Assembly: GCA_964460535.1 (NCBI GenBank)
Contig: CAYWQI010000001.1
Coordinates: forward strand, 26,856-90,855
From: Candidatus Woesearchaeota archaeon
GTDB taxonomy: Archaea > Nanobdellota > Nanobdellia > Pacearchaeales > GW2011-AR1
DNA length: 64,000 nt
Direction: 5' to 3'
Below, piece by piece: positions 46,867 to 56,786 of the stretch; the stretch's first letter is position 1, and each line of letters opens with the position of its first letter. The notes beneath the pieces were generated by a model. That model did no database searches and was not told the DNA's origin. It worked only from the letters and a program-made list of their open reading frames with translations. The translations under genes and the position numbers were made by a program.

Positions 46867-48834
46867 TTAATTATTTCCCATATCCTTTAATTTTTTAAGA
46901 ACATCATCAATTTCAGAAGATTTTTTCTTTGGTTGAGGTTTTGGAGGACTCTGAGTAGGTCTATTTCTATTTGGATTAGGAATCATTCTTCCTTGCCCTT
47001 GTAATTGAACTCTTGAACTTGGACCAGGAGCATTTTTGTATCTATTATTTGGATTATTTCTATTGTTTGGGAATTGTTTTTTATTTTTCTTATTTTTAAT
47101 CTTGTTTTTTAATTGTTTAAATTTTGTTTTTGTTTTATACCAATAAGGTCTAAGTCTGTCTCTAAAGATAATTGCTAAAACAACAAGCACTATTAGTAAT
47201 AACAACAAGATTATCCAAAACCATAACCATCCTCCCCCATCTTCTTTTTCAACACAACAAGTTTCACTAATTGAATCACATTCATAATCAACTTCTTTTT
47301 CACCATCTGCACAACCAAAACTACAGATTCCTCCTTCTATTTCACATTCATTTTGTTCATCAACAACAATTTCTTCACAACTTCCTCCTCCAACACAACA
47401 AGTCTCACCAGAAAGAGTATCTGAAGCTTCTTCTATTCTTCCTTCAGTACATTTTTCTTCATCTCCACAAATAATTCCTCCTTGAGCTTCACAAGTTGGA
47501 GTTGTTTTTGGTTTATCACAACAAACATAACTTCCTGCACATGTTTGTCCAGAAATTTCTTCACCTCCAGCTTCCTGACAATCCATACTTGACAAACAAT
47601 AATTTCCTTGTTCTTCACAATCAATAACATCACTAGACGAACCTTGATTTTCCTGAGGCCATACAGAGATTAAAACAAATGAAGTATCTCTTATATTTTG
47701 ATTATTCCAACATCCTCCTTCTTCTTGAACATCAAGTAACCAAGATTTTGAATTTCCTTTTTCTGCAGGATTTTCATAAATAAAAGGATAAAGTGCAAGA
47801 GAAGTATCATAAAACTTGCTATTTCCAGAACCAGATTCCCAATATTGGTCTGATTTTTGTTCAAGCAAAAGAGTATTTCTAAAATCATCATATCCTGTTA
47901 AAAAATACAAAAATGCTTCTGGAAGATACTGGTTATTTGATTCTTCTAATGCAATTAAATAAGGATAAAATTTTTCAACTTCTTCTTTATTATCTGTTGA
48001 ACTTAATGCCATTGCAGACCATAAACTTCCTTCATAATCACAACCTGTTTGACTTGGAGATGAAAAACAATATGAATTTACTTCTTCAGTTGTTGTTCCT
48101 TCTGCAGATGAACTTTGTATTTTATCTGAAACATGAATTATTGAAGAACCTGATTTTTTAAATAAAAGATTTGTAGTAAAACTTTTATCACAACTAACCT
48201 TAATTTCCTTGTCATAACAATTATCTGAAACTCTTAACCAGTATCTATCTGAACTTAAACTTAAGCAAGTTCCAGCTGAAGAGCTTATTTTTTTATCTTC
48301 TCCAATCTTTACATTGTAATTTTCCTCATCATAAGAAATTTTACAACTTGTTTCTTCAGAACTTTCTATTTGTAAATACCAGAATATTTCATTAGGAGTT
48401 TGTTTATTATCTAATAACCAATTTTCATAAACCTCTGTATTTTCTGAATTTGCTCTTAAAGCTAAAATTGCTTGAGCAGTTGTTTTTATATCACATTCAC
48501 CTCCATCTGAATTTACTGACCAACATTCAGAATTTTGTCTATCAGATAATAAAGAATTCTTGCAGTTTCCATTTGCCCACAATGAAAAAATCTTTTGTTC
48601 AACACTTAAACTTTCACATCCTTTTTCATTAACTTCTTTATCAAGACAAGAATATGCTTTATCAATCAAATCTTCTTCATTAACAGAACCATCAAGAGAA
48701 ATATCACTTTCTGAACTTCCAGAACTTATTGTTTCATTAGAAGTATTTTCACTTTCATTATCTGCAACCATAAATGGAATTGCAAATATAAAAAATAAAA
48801 TCAAGATACATGAAATAATTCTCCTCTTTTGCAT
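46867..48834 (-). CDS. large Cys-rich surface protein with C-terminal TM anchor and P/N-rich tail
   Basis: Signal peptide and more than 40 Cys. Possible terpenoid-cyclase/prenyltransferase-like alpha-alpha repeat (AQAILALRANS). TM helix near the C-terminus. Confidence 0.45.
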   Translation of the reverse strand: MQKRRIISCILILFFIFAIPFMVADNESENTSNETISSGSSESDISLDGSVNEEDLIDKAYSCLDKEVNEKGCESLSVEQKIFSLWANGNCKNSLLSDRQNSECWSVNSDGGECDIKTTAQAILALRANSENTEVYENWLLDNKQTPNEIFWYLQIESSEETSCKISYDEENYNVKIGEDKKISSSAGTCLSLSSDRYWLRVSDNCYDKEIKVSCDKSFTTNLLFKKSGSSIIHVSDKIQSSSAEGTTTEEVNSYCFSSPSQTGCDYEGSLWSAMALSSTDNKEEVEKFYPYLIALEESNNQYLPEAFLYFLTGYDDFRNTLLLEQKSDQYWESGSGNSKFYDTSLALYPFIYENPAEKGNSKSWLLDVQEEGGCWNNQNIRDTSFVLISVWPQENQGSSSDVIDCEEQGNYCLSSMDCQEAGGEEISGQTCAGSYVCCDKPKTTPTCEAQGGIICGDEEKCTEGRIEEASDTLSGETCCVGGGSCEEIVVDEQNECEIEGGICSFGCADGEKEVDYECDSISETCCVEKEDGGGWLWFWIILLLLLIVLVVLAIIFRDRLRPYWYKTKTKFKQLKNKIKNKKNKKQFPNNRNNPNNRYKNAPGPSSRVQLQGQGRMIPNPNRNRPTQSPPKPQPKKKSSEIDDVLKKLKDMGNN

Positions 48835-48876
48835 GTATTATATTAATATTAGATGTTTTTAAATTATTTGGTTTTT

Positions 48877-49099
48877 AGTAATTAGTAACACTTGAGGTTC
48901 TACTTGATAATTTCCTGCTTAGCAGATTTAATAAAATAATTAATATCATTAGATTTTCTTGGATATATGTGCCTTTAAATCCATTATTATTAAAAAATGT
49001 CTCTATACCTTACTATATTTAAGCTCTGAAAATTTTTAGAATTAATTTTTTTCAGGGAAAGTATTTAGTTTTATTTTTGTATTTAATGTTACTAGATAC
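48877..49099 (+). mobile_element. MITE-like dispersed repeat, copy 5
   Basis: Left end tagtaattagtaacac, right end atgttactagatac. Internal blocks match copies 1 to 4. Confidence 0.6.
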
Positions 49100-49138
49100 G
49101 GTTTTTAAAATAAGAATTATTTAGAGTATTAATTTAAA

Positions 49139-49822
49139 TTATAATATCATAGGCCAGAATCTTTCTCTAAGTTCTAGAAGGGTTTTAGTTGCTTGTCCTT
49201 TTCCTTTGAAATTTTTCATAAGTAATTTTTTTATTTCATCTAACTTTAAATCTCTAGATACTAAAGAATAAAACATTCTATCTCCCAAACCATACCCTTG
49301 AGAATGTATTAAAAATTCAGATAAAATATCATCATCAATATCTCTTAAAGGCTCCAGAGCATCTTGAATGTTTATTTTTTTAAGAGATAATTCAAGATAA
49401 TCAGGATATTTATGATAAGGGTTTTTTCTTGAAGGGTCTAGAATTTTAGAACCAAGAAAACCAAACATCTCAATTAAAGAATTAACTGCAAACCAATCTT
49501 GTTTAGTTTTATTTGCAAGAGTAATCCTTGAATTTCTAAGATGAAAACAATGAGAAGCCTCTTCATTTAAAGCATAATTCTCATCTTTATTTAATATAAT
49601 AACATTTGGCCTATATAGATATATACTGCCTCCTTTTTTTTGACATGAAACAACTTCTTCCCTATATCTTTCAGGAAGAAACAAATCATTAAAATTTCCT
49701 AACTTTCCAAGCCATCTTACTTCAGGATACGAATCAACTTCTAATCCAAATTCTTCTTCTAAATCATTAAGGGCTTCATAAGTTTTCCTTTCTAATATTT
49801 CTTGTTTCTCTATAAATCTCAT
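49139..49822 (-). CDS. hypothetical protein (cotranscribed with priS)
   Basis: ORF only. Its start abuts the primase stop. Confidence 0.3.
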   Translation of the reverse strand: MRFIEKQEILERKTYEALNDLEEEFGLEVDSYPEVRWLGKLGNFNDLFLPERYREEVVSCQKKGGSIYLYRPNVIILNKDENYALNEEASHCFHLRNSRITLANKTKQDWFAVNSLIEMFGFLGSKILDPSRKNPYHKYPDYLELSLKKINIQDALEPLRDIDDDILSEFLIHSQGYGLGDRMFYSLVSRDLKLDEIKKLLMKNFKGKGQATKTLLELRERFWPMIL

Positions 49823-51433
49823 TTATTTTTTCCTTTGAAATTTTTTAGCATTCTTCACACCTTTTTTTCTTCCTTTCTTATTTCCAACTTGTCCCCAATT
49901 TCTTTTTTTCCCTCTTAAACTTTTTCTTATCATTAAACTTACAGGATTTTTAGCTCTTAATTCTTCTTCTGTTGGAATAATTCCAATTCCTCTATAATAA
50001 TCTTTATCATAATTTGGTGGAAGAACTGGTTTATTTCTATAAGCCCAGGATAATTGGCTTTGAACATATCCTTTTTTTAAAGGAATTTCATTTTTTTCAT
50101 TCCATTCATAAATCTTTTTTTCAAGAATCTCTTTATCCATTCCAATTCCTCTAAAAAAATTAATTAAAACAAACAATCCTCTTTTTCTTCCATCTCTCAT
50201 TCCCTGAAGTATTTTTTTAATTGATTCAGGAAATTTTTTCTCATCAATACTCTCTAATTTTATTGGTTTGAAGTTTGCATATTTTCCACTTATTTTTTCT
50301 TCTTCACCACTAAAAGAATTTTCCTTACTCCAGTCAAGTGCTTCAAGAACAAGTTCTTTTGCTTCTTCATCTTCAGAATTAGGCATGAAATTTCTTGGAG
50401 AAACTTTAATTGGATTAGCATCTTTTAATTCAAATGTATCAATCTCTTTTTCATTAAGAACAACACTTGCGAGAGCAGTTTTTTCATGTAAACTATAAGG
50501 CATTCTAAACAAGTGTCTTGAAGATACTAAAACAAGGTCTAATCCCATAAGTTCAAACAAGTCAATTTCTTCATATTTTGAAAAATTTTCAGGATTTTTG
50601 TTAGAATCCTTTTTACATTTTTCACACTTGTAAAATTCTTTTTTTGAAATAACTTCTGTTCTTTTATTGCATGAAGGGCATTTAAATTCTGAAGCTAAAT
50701 TATCTTTTGAAAATTTTCTTTGTTCTCCAATCTTGCATCTATTACAAAATAATTCAATTTCAATATACTCGCTTGCAATTTCACTACAAGCATTGCATTT
50801 GATTCCTCTTTTTATATTAGTATTTTTAAATTGTTCATAAAAATCAGAAGGTAATAGTTTTTTAATTTCTTTTTCAGCCTCTGTTCTTATAAAAGAAACT
50901 ATTATCCTAGGAATTTCAGGAAACAAATTCTTAGTTTCTTGTTTTCCAACAAATTTAGGAAATGCTTTCCATGGAATTAGAATATGAAATCCCTTGCTTC
51001 CAGAAAATTTAATTCCAATATTTTTGATTTTATATCTTTTTAATACATTTATAATTGACTTTGCTGCAAGTCTTGAATAATCAAACCATTTACAATCAAT
51101 ATCAATAAGTAAATCCCAACCAACTCTTATGCTATTTGCTTGTTCTTCAGTTTGTCCTGTTTGTATTTTTAAAGGATCTTCCCACAATTCTTCAGAACAA
51201 TGAAAACTTGTAGCACCTTTTTTAACAAGTTCAAAAATATCTCCAGGAAAATTAAACATATCAGGCCTTTTTCCAAACCCTTGGAAGTATTGAGGACTTA
51301 TTTCTCTATTTTGAGAAAAATCAAAAATTGCTTTTTGTATATCCTTTCTTGAATAATACATTTGTGTTATTTTTCTAATTCTTTTCTCTTTATGGCTTTT
51401 AATGCAACCTTCTTGTTTATTCTTTTCTTCCAT
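49823..51433 (-). CDS. priS: DNA primase small subunit PriS, long form with Zn-ribbons and C-terminal extension
   Basis: Catalytic WDLLIDIDC and FSGSKGFHI. Cys clusters CNACSE...CNRCK and CPSCN...CEKCKK. An extra domain of about 180 aa follows. Confidence 0.65.
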   Translation of the reverse strand: MEEKNKQEGCIKSHKEKRIRKITQMYYSRKDIQKAIFDFSQNREISPQYFQGFGKRPDMFNFPGDIFELVKKGATSFHCSEELWEDPLKIQTGQTEEQANSIRVGWDLLIDIDCKWFDYSRLAAKSIINVLKRYKIKNIGIKFSGSKGFHILIPWKAFPKFVGKQETKNLFPEIPRIIVSFIRTEAEKEIKKLLPSDFYEQFKNTNIKRGIKCNACSEIASEYIEIELFCNRCKIGEQRKFSKDNLASEFKCPSCNKRTEVISKKEFYKCEKCKKDSNKNPENFSKYEEIDLFELMGLDLVLVSSRHLFRMPYSLHEKTALASVVLNEKEIDTFELKDANPIKVSPRNFMPNSEDEEAKELVLEALDWSKENSFSGEEEKISGKYANFKPIKLESIDEKKFPESIKKILQGMRDGRKRGLFVLINFFRGIGMDKEILEKKIYEWNEKNEIPLKKGYVQSQLSWAYRNKPVLPPNYDKDYYRGIGIIPTEEELRAKNPVSLMIRKSLRGKKRNWGQVGNKKGRKKGVKNAKKFQRKK

Positions 51434-51539
51434 ATACTTTTAATGAAATCAGACTTTAAAGGGTTTGTTGTGTTAAACTCCTAGAAAGTACATTATTGAA
51501 CACCAAAATATTTATAACCAGGAATATTCATGTAATAAT

Positions 51540-52274
51540 ATGAAACTCAAATTTTCAAATCCTGGAGAACTATCAAAAGCAATTGATTTAATTTCAGAAT
51601 TAGTAACTGAAGTCAAGATTAATGTTTCTGAAGCAGGGCTTGGAATAACTGCAATGGATCCTGCAAATGTTGCTATGGTGAATTTTAAAATACCTAAGTC
51701 TAGTTTTTCTGAATTTGAAATTTCTGAAGGAGAATCTTCAGAACCTTTAGGAGTTAATCTTGATAATCTCAAAAGAATCTTAAAACGTTGTTCTTCTAAG
51801 AGCCAGTTGATAATTGAAAAAGATGAAAATTCTTTATTAATAAAAATCCAAGACAAAATTCAGAGAAATTTTACACTTGCTCTTTTAGATGTAGATGTTG
51901 AAGACAAATCTCCTCCAAATCTTGAATACACAGCAAATATAGAGATTTTTTCACAGGATTTGATTGATAGTATAGAGGATTGTGCAGTTGTATCAGATGC
52001 TTGTAGTTTTATTGTTGAAGATAATAAATTTATAATTGAAGCAAAAGAATTAAACACCACAAGGTCAGAATTTTCAGGAGATGAAGTAACAATACAAGCA
52101 GAAAATTGTAAATCAAGATATAGTTTAGAATATCTACAAAAATTTATGAAAGGAGCAAAACTTTGTGAAAAAACAATATTAAAGTTTGCAAACGAACATC
52201 CATTAAGAATAGAATTTAAAACTCCAAATTTAGAAATATTTTTTATACTTGCTCCCAGAGTTGAGACAGAGTAA
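51540..52274 (+). CDS. pcn: DNA polymerase sliding clamp PCNA
   Basis: 244 aa with the PCNA pattern AIDLISELVTEVKINVSEAGLGITAMDPANVAMV. Divergent from priS. Confidence 0.8.
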   Translation: MKLKFSNPGELSKAIDLISELVTEVKINVSEAGLGITAMDPANVAMVNFKIPKSSFSEFEISEGESSEPLGVNLDNLKRILKRCSSKSQLIIEKDENSLLIKIQDKIQRNFTLALLDVDVEDKSPPNLEYTANIEIFSQDLIDSIEDCAVVSDACSFIVEDNKFIIEAKELNTTRSEFSGDEVTIQAENCKSRYSLEYLQKFMKGAKLCEKTILKFANEHPLRIEFKTPNLEIFFILAPRVETE

Positions 52275-52363
52275 GTGACAATGATATATTCTAAATCCAA
52301 GGAATCCAATAACTTCAAAATAAAAGTAATTAGATTTATAAATCCTTTTTTCTTGAATAAATC

Positions 52364-55105
52364 ATGAAAAAAGAGGCATTAGTTTTGACATTATTAGTTG
52401 TTTTAGTATCACTTTTTTTAGTAAGTGCAGATTTTGAAAAAGGAAGCAAGGTTTATTCCTTAAATGCAACAAAATATATTCAGGAAGGAAATGTAAAAGG
52501 ATGGGTAAATTTAAGTTTTAATAATGAATCTTCAGAAAACATTTTTGAGGATAATAATGGAAATGAAATTTCATTAGGAAAATTACTCTCTTTAAATAAT
52601 CTTGATCAATATTGCACAATTCCAAATTGTGGAAAGACATACTCTTCTTCAAATCCAGAACAAACAAAAACTTTTTCCTTAAGTTCAGGACAAGAAAAAA
52701 TAATTGGTTTTAAATTAAGTGGGGATGTTCAGGCTGTAAATAATATTGAATTCACTATAGAAAGTGATGCTTCAGAATCTTGTAAAAGTCAATTTGAAAT
52801 TGATTTTTTAAATCAAGAACAAACAATTTTAACTAATAATCTTGCTTCAGATAATGTTTGTTCTACTTCTCCAAGATGTTTTGATTCTTCTCAAGGAATT
52901 GAAGAAAAAATTCTTAAAGAGGATTCTGAAATTTATTGTGATAAAGTAACAATTTCTTCTTCTCCAGGTTTAAAACTAGGAGCATGGTTAAAAAATACAA
53001 ATTCAGCAGATGGAACTATTAATTTATATCTAAAAGATAATCAAGGAAACCCTTTATTTAATGAAGGAGAAAGTGAAGTTTTTTGTGAAATTCAAGCTTC
53101 TGAAATAACAGATTCTGGAGAAGAATATTTTTGCGAGGTTAATTATTCGATTAAAGAAGAAAAAGATTATTATGTTTGTGTTGATTATTCTGGAGATGAA
53201 GAATTAAGATTAAGAGCAAATTCAGATTCAGAACAAGATTGTGGATATTATGGAAACATTAATGACAAAACAAGAGCCTATGATTTTGTTGCAAAAGAAA
53301 TGGGTTATGCACAACCTCTTTCTATAAATATAACAGATGAACAAGGAAGTTATGAAAGTCTTTCTTCTGAAGTTTATAATTATCTAATAAATAGATATTC
53401 TCTAAATTGTTCAAATTCAGAATGTTTTGTTCCATTAAAAATAAAATCAAATACAAATCAAGAATTAACAATAACAGACCTTGTTGTAAATTATGATTCT
53501 CCTGAACCTTCAGAAACAAGCACATTATATGATTTAAACAAAACATCCTCAAAAGTAAATTCAGGATTCATTAAAATAAACCTTGATAATGGAAATTTTA
53601 CTCTTCCAGGTTCTCCAGCTTCAGGAGCTTATGAATTTATTTTAGATTACAATGAAGCAAACTTATTTACAGAAAATTTAACAATTGTAGGTAAGGTTGA
53701 AATTAATTATCTTCTTCCACAAAAAACTTTCAATTCCTATCCTACAAATTTTGAAGCAAATATAGAAAGTAATAATAAATCAATTTCTAAGTATTATTGG
53801 GAATTTGGAGATGGAAACAATAAAACAACAAATTCAAATAAAGTAACACACACATATAATGAAACAGGAAAATATACTTTAATTTTAACAATAACTGATG
53901 AAGATGGAATAAAAAATTCAAAAAATTTTGAAATCCAGGTTGGTTCAGCAAGTGAAATTTTAGAACAAGAATTAAATCAAACTCAAAATAATTTAGAAAA
54001 TCTAAAAAACAAGATAAATGAGTATTCAGGTTTTTACAAATCTGAACTTCAGAGAATTTTAAATATTACAGGAAATGAAAACAAACTCTCTTCTCTTCAA
54101 GAGGATTTTATTAAAGCAAGTTTTGAACAAGATTATGTTGATATAATGAATGATTTTTTAGGATTATATGTTCCAGAAACATTTGTTACAACATATGTAA
54201 AAGACCAAATAACTTTTGTTACAGATAAAAATAATGTAGATATAGAAGTTTTAGAAAAAATTTCAAATTCTCAATTAGAAGAATATTCAAGTGATAAGAT
54301 TAAAAAAGCAGTAGAGAGTTTTGGAATTTCAGGAATCAATTCAAAAATCTCTTTTAAGGTATTTTCTTATAAAGAGAAGGATTATCTTGGAAATTTAATT
54401 ACAATCTATGAACTTGATATTTCAAGATTAGATTCTTCTGATACTCTTTATGTTGTTTTTTCAGATAATTCAATAAATACTCCTGAACAATCTTCTGTTT
54501 CAGAAACAGGAGAAAAATATATTGAAATTTCTCCTGAAGAAAATTCAAAAACAATCTATTTTTCAACAACTCAAGACTTGATTGATCCAAAACAATCTCC
54601 AGTCTTTATTTCACCTTCCTTAGAGAATCTTGAAATTTCTAGGGATATTAATCCTTCTCAGGTTGAAGATAATTTTAATTGGGTCTTGTTTTGGTTAATT
54701 TTATTAATTCTTCTTTTAATTGCAATTGGAATTTATATTTTTCTTCAAGAATGGTATAAAAGAAAATATGAAGACTATTTATTCAAAGGAAGAAACAACA
54801 TGTATAATCTTATTAATTATGTCTCTGTTTCAAAAGAAAAAGGAAAAAAGAATAAAGAGATTATTGAACATCTGAAAAAAGCAGGATGGAATAAAGAACA
54901 AATTAATTATGTCATGAGAAAATATCATGGAAAAAGAACAGGAATGTTAGAAATTCCAGTTGAAGGAATAATTAATTTTTTCAACAAAAATTCAAAAAAA
55001 TCCCATAAAACACCTAAAACAAAAAACAATAAAACAAACATGAAACCCCAGAAAAGCCAAAATTTTCCTAAAAAACACAAATCTTTTTTTAATAACTCTC
55101 ATTAA
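52364..55105 (+). CDS. large surface protein with PKD domain and C-terminal TM anchor
   Basis: Signal peptide. PKD motif YYWEFGDGNNKT...THTYNETGKYTLILTITDEDG. TM helix WVLFWLILLILLLIAIGIYIF. Confidence 0.6.
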   Translation: MKKEALVLTLLVVLVSLFLVSADFEKGSKVYSLNATKYIQEGNVKGWVNLSFNNESSENIFEDNNGNEISLGKLLSLNNLDQYCTIPNCGKTYSSSNPEQTKTFSLSSGQEKIIGFKLSGDVQAVNNIEFTIESDASESCKSQFEIDFLNQEQTILTNNLASDNVCSTSPRCFDSSQGIEEKILKEDSEIYCDKVTISSSPGLKLGAWLKNTNSADGTINLYLKDNQGNPLFNEGESEVFCEIQASEITDSGEEYFCEVNYSIKEEKDYYVCVDYSGDEELRLRANSDSEQDCGYYGNINDKTRAYDFVAKEMGYAQPLSINITDEQGSYESLSSEVYNYLINRYSLNCSNSECFVPLKIKSNTNQELTITDLVVNYDSPEPSETSTLYDLNKTSSKVNSGFIKINLDNGNFTLPGSPASGAYEFILDYNEANLFTENLTIVGKVEINYLLPQKTFNSYPTNFEANIESNNKSISKYYWEFGDGNNKTTNSNKVTHTYNETGKYTLILTITDEDGIKNSKNFEIQVGSASEILEQELNQTQNNLENLKNKINEYSGFYKSELQRILNITGNENKLSSLQEDFIKASFEQDYVDIMNDFLGLYVPETFVTTYVKDQITFVTDKNNVDIEVLEKISNSQLEEYSSDKIKKAVESFGISGINSKISFKVFSYKEKDYLGNLITIYELDISRLDSSDTLYVVFSDNSINTPEQSSVSETGEKYIEISPEENSKTIYFSTTQDLIDPKQSPVFISPSLENLEISRDINPSQVEDNFNWVLFWLILLILLLIAIGIYIFLQEWYKRKYEDYLFKGRNNMYNLINYVSVSKEKGKKNKEIIEHLKKAGWNKEQINYVMRKYHGKRTGMLEIPVEGIINFFNKNSKKSHKTPKTKNNKTNMKPQKSQNFPKKHKSFFNNSH

Positions 55106-55169
55106 AACAAATATTTTAATCCAAAATCAAAACAAAAACCTTTATAAATAAATCTTTTGATATTCTCTT

Positions 55170-55433
55170 ATGGAAATTAAAATATTAAATTCAGATAAAA
55201 ATTCTATTGAAGTAGAATTAGAAGAAATAACTCTAGCAGAAGTTTTAAGAACATATCTTAATCAAGACAAGAATGTTGATTTTGCAGCATGGAAAAGAGA
55301 ACACATAACAAAAAATCCAATATTAAAAATAGAAACCTCTTCTGGAACAGCAAAAAAAGCACTTCAAGATGCAATTAAGTCTGTTGTTAAGGATTTAGAT
55401 AAAATTGAAAAAGATTTTGCTTCAATGAAATAA
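55170..55433 (+). CDS. rpoL: DNA-directed RNA polymerase subunit L (Rpo11)
   Basis: 87 aa with the Rpb11-like pattern. Confidence 0.55.
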   Translation: MEIKILNSDKNSIEVELEEITLAEVLRTYLNQDKNVDFAAWKREHITKNPILKIETSSGTAKKALQDAIKSVVKDLDKIEKDFASMK

Positions 55434-55516
55434 TTTTGTATAAAATAAATCTAGATAATCTTTTATAATTTTTATATAACAATAATCCTTATTAAGTCTC
55501 AATCCAAGATTATTTT

Positions 55517-56284
55517 ATGGTACTTTCAAGAAACTCAAAAAAAATTTCAACAGGAAGTTATGATTTTAATACCTGGCTTTGTGGAGGATATGAAACAGAT
55601 GTTATTTCCATGATAGCAGGACCTCCTGGAAGCGGTAAGACAAATTTTTCTATTCTAGCAGCATGTAGTCAAGCAAGAAAAAACAACAAAGTTTTATTTA
55701 TAGATACTGAAGGAGGATTTTCTGTTGAAAGAGTAAAACAAATTGTAGGAGAAGATAAATTAGATAGGATTCTTTCTAATATTTTGGTTTTACAACCAAC
55801 AAGTTTTTCTGAACAAAAACAAACTTTTGAAAAACTTCAATCTAAAATAAAAACAGGACATATTGGTTTAATTGTTATTGATGGAATGGCAATGCTTTAT
55901 AGATTAGAACTTGGAGATGCTATTAAAACAAAAGATGATGAAAAAATTAGAGAAGTAAACAGGGAAGTTGCAAAACAAATGAGAACTCTCGCAGAAATAT
56001 CAAGAAAACAAAAAATACCTATTTTAATAACAAATCAGGTTTACAAGGATTTTGTTAAAAGAGATGAAAGTGCAAATAATAATAAGGATAATCAAGTTGA
56101 AATGCAAAAATTTAATATTGTAGGAGGAGATTTATTTAAATACTGGAGCAAATGTATAATTCAACTTGAAAATGGAATTCTTGGAAAAAAGAAAGCCAGG
56201 CTTCTTAAACATCGTTCATTACCTGAAAAAGAAATAGGATTTGTAATAAAAGACAAGGGATTATTTAAAAAAGGGTTGATATGA
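55517..56284 (+). CDS. radB: RadB-like RecA-superfamily ATPase
   Basis: Walker A GPPGSGKT and Walker B IVIDG. Short form without the N-terminal HhH domain. Confidence 0.65.
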   Translation: MVLSRNSKKISTGSYDFNTWLCGGYETDVISMIAGPPGSGKTNFSILAACSQARKNNKVLFIDTEGGFSVERVKQIVGEDKLDRILSNILVLQPTSFSEQKQTFEKLQSKIKTGHIGLIVIDGMAMLYRLELGDAIKTKDDEKIREVNREVAKQMRTLAEISRKQKIPILITNQVYKDFVKRDESANNNKDNQVEMQKFNIVGGDLFKYWSKCIIQLENGILGKKKARLLKHRSLPEKEIGFVIKDKGLFKKGLI

Positions 56285-56315
56285 GTTAGAATTTTCAATT
56301 AACTTTTTTGTTCTT

Positions 56316-56756
56316 TTAAGGAAATTCTTCAATAAATCTTTTCTTTTCTTTTTCAATTCGCACATCCTCTTTCCATCTTTGTTTTAAATTTTTTCCAAAA
56401 TCTTTAATAAAATCTTGAAATGCAAAATAAAGTTTATCAGAATATCTCCAACTATCCCTCTCATTATCATAAAATTCAATTCTTATAGGAGTTATATCAT
56501 TTCCTCCAAAACTCTTATAAATATATTCTTTTCCAAGACACATTGAAACAATTCTTTGATTTACAACATACAAAAACTCATCTCCTTTTTGTTTTCTATC
56601 AGTAATTTCTTCATCAAAAGGCAAACTCTGTTTATTAAACTCAGTATAAGAATCATTTAATATTTCATTTGCAGATTCTTCTGCAATCTTTCCAATATTT
56701 AATAATCTTTCTAAATCATTTCTATTATAAATACGTCTTAATTCTTTCATATACAA
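56316..56756 (-). CDS. hypothetical protein
   Basis: ORF only. Confidence 0.3.
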   Translation of the reverse strand: MYMKELRRIYNRNDLERLLNIGKIAEESANEILNDSYTEFNKQSLPFDEEITDRKQKGDEFLYVVNQRIVSMCLGKEYIYKSFGGNDITPIRIEFYDNERDSWRYSDKLYFAFQDFIKDFGKNLKQRWKEDVRIEKEKKRFIEEFP

Positions 56757-56786
56757 TCAAATAATTCAAACTTCTTAAAGATTATT

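Noticed and set aside
47271-48862. Several 60-100-aa ORFs on both strands within 46867..48834
   Set aside because: All overlap the large Cys-rich surface-protein gene and have low-complexity translations.
51512-52318. Minus-strand ORFs 51512..51856 and 51860..52318
   Set aside because: Antisense to the well-supported PCNA gene.
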